This document shows positions 15,584 through 23,763 of a DNA stretch of 64,000 nucleotides, piece by piece. The stretch lies in NCBI GenBank assembly GCA_034926225.1, contig JAYFRF010000001.1:165962-229961 (forward strand), in the 5' to 3' direction. Both the position numbers and the translations under genes were made by a program. The notes beneath the pieces were generated by a model. That model saw nothing but the letters and a program-made list of their open reading frames with translations. It made no database searches and had not been told where the DNA came from. This DNA is from Clostridiaceae bacterium (GTDB lineage: Bacteria; Bacillota; Clostridia; Oscillospirales; QAMX01). How positions within the stretch are numbered: position 1 is the stretch's first letter; every line of letters starts with the position of its first letter.

Positions 15584-17080
15584 TTGGACTTTATACGTAA
15601 TTTCCCGTTTTTCTCCATCATGCTTGCGATGCTGGCGGCGATCGTCACTTCGGTATTGCCCAAAAAAGCCGCAAGATTATTAAACAGTGCCGTCGTTTCC
15701 GTCTGTATTCTCCTGAACGCGGCAGTATTGTGGTATACGCTGTATACAGGCGCAAGCTTTACGTACATGATGGGGCATTTCCCTGCGCCGTGGGGCAATG
15801 AGCTTCGGGCGGGTGCTTTGGAAGCGCTGATGGCGACGGTGTTCAGCGGGATTCTGTTGTTTTCCGTGATCGGCGGCGCAAAGCATATCGATCTTGACTT
15901 GGAGGAGCGGAAGGTCAACCTCTATTATGTGATGATCAACCTGCTTGAGGGTGCGCTGCTAGCGATGCTCTATACGAATGACATCTTCACCGGGTACGTC
16001 TTCATCGAAATTTTGACGATCGCCTCCTGCGGCATCCTGATGATCCGGCAGATCGGCAGAACCACGCTCGCGGCGGTGCGCTACATGATCATGAGCCTTT
16101 TGGGATCGGGTCTGTTTTTAATCGGCGTGGTGCTCTTATACGACATGACTGGGCATCTGCTGATGGAGAACATGCACACGGCGATTGCCGCACTGGTGGA
16201 AAGCGGACAGTATACGCTGCCGCTGACCATTGCCGTGGGACTGATCACGATGGGGCTTTGCATCAAATGCGGCTTGTTTCCGTTCCATTTCTGGATGCCG
16301 GACACCTACGGATACTCTACGCCGGCGTCCAGTGCGATTTTGTCGGGGCTGATTTCGAAAATCTATATCATGATGCTGATCAAGGTCTTTTACCGTGTGG
16401 TCGGCGTCGATATCATCCGCGCAAGCAAGATTTTAAACGTGCTGTTCGTGTTCGGACTCTGTGCGATCATCGTCGGATCGATCAGCGCCATTCGCGAGAA
16501 CGATATCCGCCGGATGACGGCATTTTCCTCGGCGGCGCAGATCGGCTACATTTTTGTCGGTATCGGGCTTGGCACGACTGCCGGGATGGTGGCAAGTCTG
16601 TTTCATATCATCACGCACGCGGTTACAAAACCGATGCTCTTTATCAGCGCATCCGGGTTGTCCGATGTGTCCGGCGGCTCGAAGAAATTCCGGGACCTGC
16701 AGGAATCCGGATACCGAAATCGCCCGGCGGGGCTTGCGTTTTCCGTCGGCGCGCTGTCGATGGTAGGTCTGCCACTGTTTGCGGGATTCATCTCGAAGAT
16801 TCTATTTGCGACCGCATCGGTGCAAAATCCTCGGAAGATGCTGCCCACCCTAATCGTTCTCGCAATCAGTACCGTTTTAAACGCGGTCTACTTTCTGCGT
16901 ACGGTCATCCGTATCTACCGTCCCGCGGAAGGGGAAACCCATACGGAGCGCCTGACTGTCCGTAACCAGCGTGCGTTTACCCTTTCGCTGATCGTCTTCG
17001 CGGCGCTGAACATCCTGCTCGGATTATGGTCAACCCCGGTGACTGACATACTGACGGCAGGACTTGCCATGTTTTCATAA
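15584..17080 (+). CDS. Proton-conducting antiporter-like subunit (MrpD/NuoN-type), paralog 1
   Basis: 498 aa, about 14 TM helices. TTG start after a GGGGAGGAAAAG SD. Has the conserved FPFHFWMPD and AILSG blocks of the NuoLMN/MrpAD family. Confidence 0.85.
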   Translation: MDFIRNFPFFSIMLAMLAAIVTSVLPKKAARLLNSAVVSVCILLNAAVLWYTLYTGASFTYMMGHFPAPWGNELRAGALEALMATVFSGILLFSVIGGAKHIDLDLEERKVNLYYVMINLLEGALLAMLYTNDIFTGYVFIEILTIASCGILMIRQIGRTTLAAVRYMIMSLLGSGLFLIGVVLLYDMTGHLLMENMHTAIAALVESGQYTLPLTIAVGLITMGLCIKCGLFPFHFWMPDTYGYSTPASSAILSGLISKIYIMMLIKVFYRVVGVDIIRASKILNVLFVFGLCAIIVGSISAIRENDIRRMTAFSSAAQIGYIFVGIGLGTTAGMVASLFHIITHAVTKPMLFISASGLSDVSGGSKKFRDLQESGYRNRPAGLAFSVGALSMVGLPLFAGFISKILFATASVQNPRKMLPTLIVLAISTVLNAVYFLRTVIRIYRPAEGETHTERLTVRNQRAFTLSLIVFAALNILLGLWSTPVTDILTAGLAMFS

Positions 17081-17099
17081 GAGAAGGAGCTCCATTGAG

Positions 17100-18563
17100 A
17101 TGACTTTTTTATATTGGATACCGCTCCTGCTGCCTCTGCTCGCCGGATGCGCGGTCGGTTTCTGCAAGCCTCTTTCGGGAAGGCGCACGGCACCCGCCAT
17201 CACTATAGTGGCCACAGCATTGTCGCTCGCGGCGTCGGCCGAAATAGCCGTGGCGGAGCCGGGGCGCTGTGAAATCGTATCGATGACGGAAACGCTGACG
17301 CTTGCGATGCGTGCCGACACGCTCTCATCGCTGTTCGCCATTCTGACGGGCTCGTCGTGGCTATTGGTGCTGATCTACGCGTTCTGCTATATGGAAAAGG
17401 ACGCACAGGCTCCCCGCTTTTTCGCATGGCTGATGTTCTCCTACGCCGCGCTGTCCGGCCTTTATTATGCGGAGAACCTTGTCACCATGTATATGTTTTT
17501 TGAATTAGTCACGCTCCTGTCGATGCCGCTGGTGCTGCAGGATCGTACGAAGGAATCGATTGCGGTGGCGGTTAAGTACCTTCTTTACTCGCTTTCTGGC
17601 GCATTTATGGGCCTGTTCGGTGTTTTCGTCCTGTATAGCTGTGCCGGAAATCCCGTTTTTACGGCGGGCGGCGTCGCGCTCGACACAACGGGGCGAGAGG
17701 GACTTCTGCTGGCGGCGTCGTTCCTTGTTTTGGTCGGCTTTGGCGTAAAGGCGGGACTTTTCCCGCTGCATGGCTGGCTCCCGGCGGCGCATCCGGTCGC
17801 ACCGGCGCCGGCAAGCGCGCTTCTTTCCGGTGTTATTGTCAAAGCGGGCGTTTTTGCGACACTGCGGTGGATATATTATACCATCGGCGCCGACGTACTG
17901 CGCGGTACATGGGTGCAGACGGCGTACCTGGTGCTCACGATGATCACAATCTTCATGGGTTCAATGATGGCGTATCGGGAGGACGGCTTTAAGCGCCGAC
18001 TCGCCTACTCCACCGTGAGTCAGGTGTCCTATGCCCTGCTCGGCATCGGGCTTCTCCATCCGGTTGCGCTTGCAGGCGCGCTGTTACATGTGGTATACCA
18101 CTCGGTGACGAAGAACACGCTCTTTTTAACGGCAGGTTCGGTTATCCACAGTACCGGCAAAAAGAACGTTACGGAACTCCGCGGTGTCGGGCAGCAGTTG
18201 CCGGTAACAATGTGGTGCTTTACGATTGCGTCGGTCACTCTCATCGGTATTCCGCCGATGAGCGCGTTTTATAGTAAATGGTATCTTGCGGAGGGCGCGC
18301 TTAGCTCCGGTGCGGGCGCAGCTGTATGGATTGCACCGGTAGAGCTGCTGCTTTCGGCACTCCTGACAGCGGGGTATCTGCTGCCGGTCGCTGTCAAGGC
18401 GTTCTTTCCCGGGCATAATTTTAAAACGGAGAAACGGATGCATGAGGATCTGCGTATGGTTATACCGATGCTCATCTTAACAAGCGGCGCGGCGGTATTT
18501 GGCGTATGGAGCGGCCCTATCGGGAAGGCTGTTTGGCGGATTGCCGGGGCGGTGTTATCGTGA
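17100..18563 (+). CDS. Proton-conducting antiporter-like subunit (MrpD/NuoM-type), paralog 2
   Basis: GAAGGAG SD 10 nt before the ATG at 17100. Motifs include FPLHGWLPAAHPVAPAPASALLSG. Confidence 0.85.
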   Translation: MTFLYWIPLLLPLLAGCAVGFCKPLSGRRTAPAITIVATALSLAASAEIAVAEPGRCEIVSMTETLTLAMRADTLSSLFAILTGSSWLLVLIYAFCYMEKDAQAPRFFAWLMFSYAALSGLYYAENLVTMYMFFELVTLLSMPLVLQDRTKESIAVAVKYLLYSLSGAFMGLFGVFVLYSCAGNPVFTAGGVALDTTGREGLLLAASFLVLVGFGVKAGLFPLHGWLPAAHPVAPAPASALLSGVIVKAGVFATLRWIYYTIGADVLRGTWVQTAYLVLTMITIFMGSMMAYREDGFKRRLAYSTVSQVSYALLGIGLLHPVALAGALLHVVYHSVTKNTLFLTAGSVIHSTGKKNVTELRGVGQQLPVTMWCFTIASVTLIGIPPMSAFYSKWYLAEGALSSGAGAAVWIAPVELLLSALLTAGYLLPVAVKAFFPGHNFKTEKRMHEDLRMVIPMLILTSGAAVFGVWSGPIGKAVWRIAGAVLS

Positions 18564-20038
18564 TGATGCCGATTCTGTTATGGCTGCCGATTACACTGCC
18601 CATCATCGGCGGGTTGTTGCTGCCCGTTCTGCACTTTCGCAGTCCGCGCTTAAGAAATGCCTATGTCATGACGGTCACGCTGGCGGCGTCCATTGTGATG
18701 GGTATACTGGTGTTGATGCCGCCGGAGGGCGCGCATAAGCTGATCCATTTTACAGGTTCTCTGGACTTTGCCATCAGCATAGATGGACTCGGACGGGTTT
18801 TCGCGGCGTTGATGGCGGTACTGTGGCCGCTTGTCACACTGTATGCGTTTTCCTATATGGAGGAAGACGCCGACTCGACGCGCTTTTTCGCGCTTTTTAC
18901 GATGACCTTCGGTATTGCGCTGGGCGTCGCGCTTTCGGCAAACCTTCTGACGATGTATTGCTTCTATGAAATGCTGTCGCTGATTACCGTGCCGCTCGTT
19001 ATGCATGATTTTACGCAGGAAGCTGTCCATGCGGCGCGAAAGTACCTCTACTATATGCTAGGCGGCACGGCGTTTGCCTTTATCGGATTGGTTTTCGTGA
19101 TTGTCTACGGCAGCACAAGTTACTTCACCCCCGGCGGCGTTTTTACATCCGGAACGCTTGCGGCCAGTGCAATGCTACTGCGCGGAGTATACCTGCTCAC
19201 CTTCTTCGGCTTTGGCGCGAAAGCGGCGATATTCCCTCTGCACGCGTGGCTGCCCGACGCATCCGTCGCACCGACGCCGGTTACAGCACTTCTTCATGCG
19301 GTCGCCGTCGTCAATGCCGGCGTGTTTGCGATAACACGAACGACCTATATGATCTTCGGCGCGGAATTGATACAGGGGTCGACGGTTCAAGTATTCCTAT
19401 GGTGCGTGGTGCTGTTCACGATTCTCTACGGATCGTCCATGGCGGTCAAGGAGACTCACCTCAAGCGCCGCCTCGCCTATTCCACCGTCGCGAACCTGTC
19501 CTATATGCTGCTTGGCGTCATTCTGCTGACCCCCGAAGGTCTTGCGGCGGGGATACTGCACATGGTGTTCCATGGCGTGATGAAGATTGCGTTGTTCTGT
19601 TGTGCGGGCGCAATTTTGGTTCGGGCAAAGCGGGCGTATGTCTGTGAGATGAACGGACTTTCCCGCGCGATGCCGGTAACGTTTGCCTGTTTTACGGTAT
19701 CGGTCCTCAGCCTCGTCGGCATACCGCCTTTTTCTGGATTTGTCAGCAAGTGGGCATTGGCGGAGGCATCCTTGCAATCCGCAAACGGGATATTAGGCGC
19801 GCTTTCCGCCGGAATGCTGCTTGTTTCCGCGCTGTTGACTGCGATTTATGGGCTCATGGTCAGCGTTCGTGCGTATTTTTACCCTGTCGATGCGCGGAAT
19901 GAAGCGCTCGGTAATGTCGATCCGGACGGACGGATGTTGTTCCCGATCATCCTGACGACGGTAGCTTGTCTGATACTCGGCCTTTATGCGCAGCCGCTTA
20001 TTCGTTGGCTTACCGCGATGACGGCGGGATTGTTTTAA
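18560..20038 (+). CDS. Proton-conducting antiporter-like subunit (MrpD/NuoM-type), paralog 3
   Basis: The GTG/ATG at 18560/18563 overlaps the upstream stop. Motifs include FPLHAWLPDASVAPTPVTALLHA. Confidence 0.85.
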   Translation: MMMPILLWLPITLPIIGGLLLPVLHFRSPRLRNAYVMTVTLAASIVMGILVLMPPEGAHKLIHFTGSLDFAISIDGLGRVFAALMAVLWPLVTLYAFSYMEEDADSTRFFALFTMTFGIALGVALSANLLTMYCFYEMLSLITVPLVMHDFTQEAVHAARKYLYYMLGGTAFAFIGLVFVIVYGSTSYFTPGGVFTSGTLAASAMLLRGVYLLTFFGFGAKAAIFPLHAWLPDASVAPTPVTALLHAVAVVNAGVFAITRTTYMIFGAELIQGSTVQVFLWCVVLFTILYGSSMAVKETHLKRRLAYSTVANLSYMLLGVILLTPEGLAAGILHMVFHGVMKIALFCCAGAILVRAKRAYVCEMNGLSRAMPVTFACFTVSVLSLVGIPPFSGFVSKWALAEASLQSANGILGALSAGMLLVSALLTAIYGLMVSVRAYFYPVDARNEALGNVDPDGRMLFPIILTTVACLILGLYAQPLIRWLTAMTAGLF

Positions 20039-20055
20039 AAAGGGAGGAAAGCACT

Positions 20056-21924
20056 TTGAATATCGGATTTTCCCTGTCGTTTGAAGGCTTCCATGCCCTG
20101 TATGCCGTCGTCACGCTTGTAATGGCGTTGATGACCACCCTCTTTTCAGTCGAATACCTCGGGCATGAAACGCACCGGCTGCGCTATTGGACGTTTATTG
20201 TGCTGACGCTTGGCGCAACGCTCGGCGTATTCCTGTCAGCCGATCTGATGACCGCTTATGTCTGCTTCGAAATTGTATCGCTGGCGTCGTATCCGATGGT
20301 CACGCAGGAAGAAACTGACGGCGCGATGCGAGCGGGCAAGACTTACATCACGATCTCGGTGATCGGCGGAATAGTCGCGCTCATGGGTATGTTCCTGCTC
20401 TACCATGCCGTAGGCACATTCTCGTTTGCAGCGCTGGAAGAAGCCTGTGCTGCGTGCCCGGACCGCAGGATGCTCGGTGCGGCGGCGGCGTGTCTGCTGT
20501 TCGGCTTCGGCGCGAAAGCCGGTATGTTTCCTCTGCATGTATGGCTGCCGGAAGCGCATTCTGTGGCACCCGCGCCGGCGAGCGCGCTGCTGTCAGGACT
20601 TTTGACAAAGGTCGGTATCTACGGTATACTTGCGACTTCCATCCTTGTCATGACGGGGAATCATAACTGGGGGCTGTGGGTTCTGTGGCTCGGCGTCACA
20701 ACGATGCTTGTCGGCGCGATTTTAGCCATCCTCTCAATCGATTTAAAGCGTATTATCGCCTGCTCGTCGGTATCGCAGATCGGTTTTATCCTGATCGGGG
20801 TCGCCATGACGGTACTGTTGGGGGAGGAAGGACTTGCTGCCGCGCGTGGGACGATACTGCAAATGGTCAACCACTCGCTGTTCAAGCTGACGCTGTTTCT
20901 GTCGGCAGGCGTTGTCGTGATGAACACGCATATGTTCGACTTAAACCGGTTGCGCGGGTACGGCAGGGGCAAGCCGATGCTTGCGATGGGCTTCTTTGCG
21001 GGAGCGTTGGGTCTTGCGGGTGTACCGTTGTTTTCCGGATTTATCAGCAAGTCGCTGCTGCATGAAGCCATCGTTGAGTATGCGAAGCTTAGCGGCGCGG
21101 CGTCGATTACCGTGGTCGAATGGCTGTTTTTATTGGCGGGCGGTATGACGCTTGCCTACATGCTGAAAATTCTTGTTGCGTTGTTCTTCGAGAAACCCAT
21201 CGGGAAGGAGAAAACCTCCAGACGCAAGAATTATGCCCGCCCTCTCACACGCATTGCGGTGATCATACCTGCGCTGATGATACCGCTGCTTGGCTTTTTC
21301 CCGAATCTGTTGATGGATCGGATTGCGGATATCGGAGAGGGATTTCTCGGTTTTACCGCACGGAACACGCTCCCCTACTTCACCGCAGAAAACCTCGAAG
21401 GCAGTGCCGTTTCGCTCGGTATCGGTGTACTGCTTTATTTCACGGTTGTCCGCGGATTGACAATGAAGCGTCGCTCGGACGGACAGCGTGTCTATTTAAA
21501 CCGGATCCCTACATGGCTGTCGCTTGAAAAATACGTTTACCGTCCTCTTGTCGAGCAGATCCTCCCAGCAATCCTGGGATTCATCGCGGAAATCTTTGAT
21601 GTGCTGCCGGATATACTGATAACCATTCTCAAGCGTACGGTGTATCGGGAATGCCGGCAGGAAGTACTACCGGTGGGTACACGGGCAACTTATGCGCTCG
21701 GATGCACGGTGGACTGCTTTGTCGGCGCGTATGCGCGGCTGAGGCATCGCACGCATGAACACAAGATTGCGTTTACCGTACGCTTTGCGCAGGCGTTTGA
21801 AGCGTTCCATAACGAGAACCGCATGATCGTACGGACGCTGAGTTTTGCGATGATGATGGCCTGCGTCGGAATGTTTTTGACGTTTGTCTATTTGCTGTTT
21901 GTTCGTTTCGCAGGATTGCTTTAA
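20056..21924 (+). CDS. MrpA/NuoL-like antiporter subunit with a long C-terminal extension
   Basis: TTG at 20056 after an AAGGGAGGAAAG SD. Contains FPLHVWLPEAHSVAPAPASALLSG. The C-terminal ~200 aa carries extra TM helices or a lateral-helix-like region. Confidence 0.8.
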   Translation: MNIGFSLSFEGFHALYAVVTLVMALMTTLFSVEYLGHETHRLRYWTFIVLTLGATLGVFLSADLMTAYVCFEIVSLASYPMVTQEETDGAMRAGKTYITISVIGGIVALMGMFLLYHAVGTFSFAALEEACAACPDRRMLGAAAACLLFGFGAKAGMFPLHVWLPEAHSVAPAPASALLSGLLTKVGIYGILATSILVMTGNHNWGLWVLWLGVTTMLVGAILAILSIDLKRIIACSSVSQIGFILIGVAMTVLLGEEGLAAARGTILQMVNHSLFKLTLFLSAGVVVMNTHMFDLNRLRGYGRGKPMLAMGFFAGALGLAGVPLFSGFISKSLLHEAIVEYAKLSGAASITVVEWLFLLAGGMTLAYMLKILVALFFEKPIGKEKTSRRKNYARPLTRIAVIIPALMIPLLGFFPNLLMDRIADIGEGFLGFTARNTLPYFTAENLEGSAVSLGIGVLLYFTVVRGLTMKRRSDGQRVYLNRIPTWLSLEKYVYRPLVEQILPAILGFIAEIFDVLPDILITILKRTVYRECRQEVLPVGTRATYALGCTVDCFVGAYARLRHRTHEHKIAFTVRFAQAFEAFHNENRMIVRTLSFAMMMACVGMFLTFVYLLFVRFAGLL

Positions 21925-21953
21925 AAATCGGTGTATTTTGATTGCCACGAGAC

Positions 21954-21983
21954 TTGACAGAAAAGAACGGGATATGTTATAAT
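21954..21983 (+). promoter_or_regulatory. Strong sigma-A-type promoter
   Basis: TTGACA (21954-21959), 18-nt spacer, TATAAT (21978-21983). Confidence 0.6.
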
Positions 21984-21984
21984 A

Positions 21985-22123
21985 ATAAAAACTCCACATG
22001 AAGCGGAGAGTAACAGAATTCCTTGCGCATATAACGATACCACGAAGGTATCGCGGGCCAATACGAACCGGGGCTCGCATCCCCCTCGTGGTATTATTTT
22101 ATGTGAAAGGGATTCTAAAAACC
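21985..22123 (+). promoter_or_regulatory. Structured ~140-nt leader (candidate riboswitch or attenuator, class not identified)
   Basis: There are mutually exclusive pairings. A local hairpin GATACC/GGTATC competes with the long-range helix ATACCACGAAGG (22037-48) / CCCTCGTGGTAT (22083-94), which is followed by TATTTT. There is an inner GGGG..CCCC hairpin and a 5' CTCCAC/GCGGAG hairpin. The leader precedes an ECF S-component gene. Confidence 0.45.
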
Positions 22124-22648
22124 ATGAAAAATCTCAAGAAACTCGTTTTAGCGGCCCTTTTTCTCGCGCTCGCCTATGTTATGCCGTTCTTGACCGGACA
22201 GATACCGCAGTTCGGCAGTATGCTGCTGCCGATGCATTTACCGGTGCTACTGTGCGGCTTTATCTGCGGCTGGCCGTATGCGCTGGCGGTCGGATTACTG
22301 GCTCCGCTGACTCGGCATCTACTGCTGGGGATGCCGCCGCTGATGACGGCAATTTGTATGTCATTCGAGCTGGCGGCATATGGCGCGCTGACGGGTATTT
22401 TCTACCATTTGTTCCCGAAGAAAACGGCGTACATCTATGTTTCGCTGATTCTTGCAATGCTCGGCGGCCGTATTGTCTGGGGACTTACGGCGTGGGCAAT
22501 CTATCCGCTGTTTACACAGGCGTTCACCTGGCAGCTTTTCGCCGCCGGCGCGTTCCTGAATGCGATTCCCGGTATGATCGTCCAGCTTGCGCTGATTCCG
22601 GTACTGGTTCTCGCGCTGCGTCGTGCAAAAGTGACGGCGGACGTATAA
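22124..22648 (+). CDS. ECF-transporter substrate-specific (S) component, substrate unknown
   Basis: About 175 aa with 5-6 TM helices. The pattern (LPMHLPVLLCGFICGWPYALAVGLL..) resembles the ThiW/RibU-type S-component core. No adjacent ECF A/T genes. Confidence 0.6.
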   Translation: MKNLKKLVLAALFLALAYVMPFLTGQIPQFGSMLLPMHLPVLLCGFICGWPYALAVGLLAPLTRHLLLGMPPLMTAICMSFELAAYGALTGIFYHLFPKKTAYIYVSLILAMLGGRIVWGLTAWAIYPLFTQAFTWQLFAAGAFLNAIPGMIVQLALIPVLVLALRRAKVTADV

Positions 22649-22678
22649 ATTTCTGCCGGATGGGAGACATGATCCCTT

Positions 22679-23722
22679 ATGGAAGACCTTCGCGCGGTAT
22701 TTTTGGCGCATTATGACCGATATCCGAAATCCCAGATACAGGATTTCGTCAAGCTTGCGTATCAGAGTACATTCGGCCCCGGGCATATGATATCGAATCC
22801 CGCATCCGCACGGGCTTATTTACAGTATGAGACGGCTGTGGCGCCGAGCACGCCGTGGCAGACGACGCTGGAATCGATCGGCAGTGGATTTTACCGGATG
22901 CATCTGGGTGCGACGCGGGACTATTCTGTCGATGCGATTGCAGCGTTGTTCTTCCTCACGGCGGCGGTCAAAACAGGGTCGCAGGAGGCGCTGATCGATA
23001 AGCTACGTGTCATTGTGCAGCTATCGAAAGAGGAAAAGCTGCCGTGCGACGCTGAAGCATGGATACTCGCTTATCGCGCGTCAGGGTGTCCGGCGATACA
23101 TCACAGCAAGACGTATCGGGAAGCCTATGCGCCGGCTTACCGCGTGGTATCGGAATCAGCGCTACGGGTTTTACCCATGCTGCGGGAGATCGACCGGCTG
23201 CTGCGGGAACGCGATACGGTAACCGTGGCGATTGAGGGCAGCAGCGCGTCGGGCAAGAGCCTTTTGGGAAAGGTGATTGCCGATGCGTATGACGCAAATC
23301 TCTTCCATATGGATGATTTCTTCCTGCGCCCCGAGCAGCGGACACCTGAGCGCTTTGCGCAGCCGGGCGGCAACATCGATTATGAGAGATTCCGACGGGA
23401 GATATTAGTGCCGCTTGGGCAAAATGTGCCGTTTGATTATCGGGTATTCGATTGCAGCACGATGGACTTTGGCGGGAGCGTGACTGTCCGTCCGAAGAAG
23501 CTGCGTATCGTGGAGGGTGCGTACAGTCGGCATCCGTTCTTCGGCGACCCGTATGATCTAAAAATTTATCTCGGCGTTGATCCGGTTACACAGAGCGAAC
23601 GGATACGTGCGCGCAACGGGGAGCGGATGCTGAAACGCTTCCTCAGCGAGTGGATTCCATATGAAAATGCTTATTTCGCGGCGTACAATGTGATTAATTC
23701 ATCGGATTTTGTTATATTATAG
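22679..23722 (+). CDS. Two-domain protein: unknown N-terminal domain (~170 aa) fused to a uridine-kinase/PRK-like P-loop kinase
   Basis: Walker A VAIEGSSASGKS, then DDFF, and an overall Udk/PRK-family layout in the C-terminal half. The N-terminal half is not recognised. Confidence 0.6.
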   Translation: MEDLRAVFLAHYDRYPKSQIQDFVKLAYQSTFGPGHMISNPASARAYLQYETAVAPSTPWQTTLESIGSGFYRMHLGATRDYSVDAIAALFFLTAAVKTGSQEALIDKLRVIVQLSKEEKLPCDAEAWILAYRASGCPAIHHSKTYREAYAPAYRVVSESALRVLPMLREIDRLLRERDTVTVAIEGSSASGKSLLGKVIADAYDANLFHMDDFFLRPEQRTPERFAQPGGNIDYERFRREILVPLGQNVPFDYRVFDCSTMDFGGSVTVRPKKLRIVEGAYSRHPFFGDPYDLKIYLGVDPVTQSERIRARNGERMLKRFLSEWIPYENAYFAAYNVINSSDFVIL

Positions 23723-23723
23723 G

Positions 23724-23763
23724 AAAAGTTTCCGGAAGGTCGATGCTTTCCGGAAACTTTTTT
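23724..23763. terminator. Bidirectional rho-independent terminator
   Basis: Perfect 14-bp stem AAAAGTTTCCGGAA / TTCCGGAAACTTTT, with A-runs and T-runs on both sides, between convergent genes. Confidence 0.8.

Noticed and set aside
21985-22123. Assigning the leader to the THF-I (folT) riboswitch because it starts GGAGAGUA.. like the Eubacterium siraeum example
   Set aside because: The downstream complementary segments needed for the P1 and P2 helices could not be found by eye. The TPP (no CUGAGA), FMN, purine, preQ1 and ZTP signatures are also absent. The class is left open.
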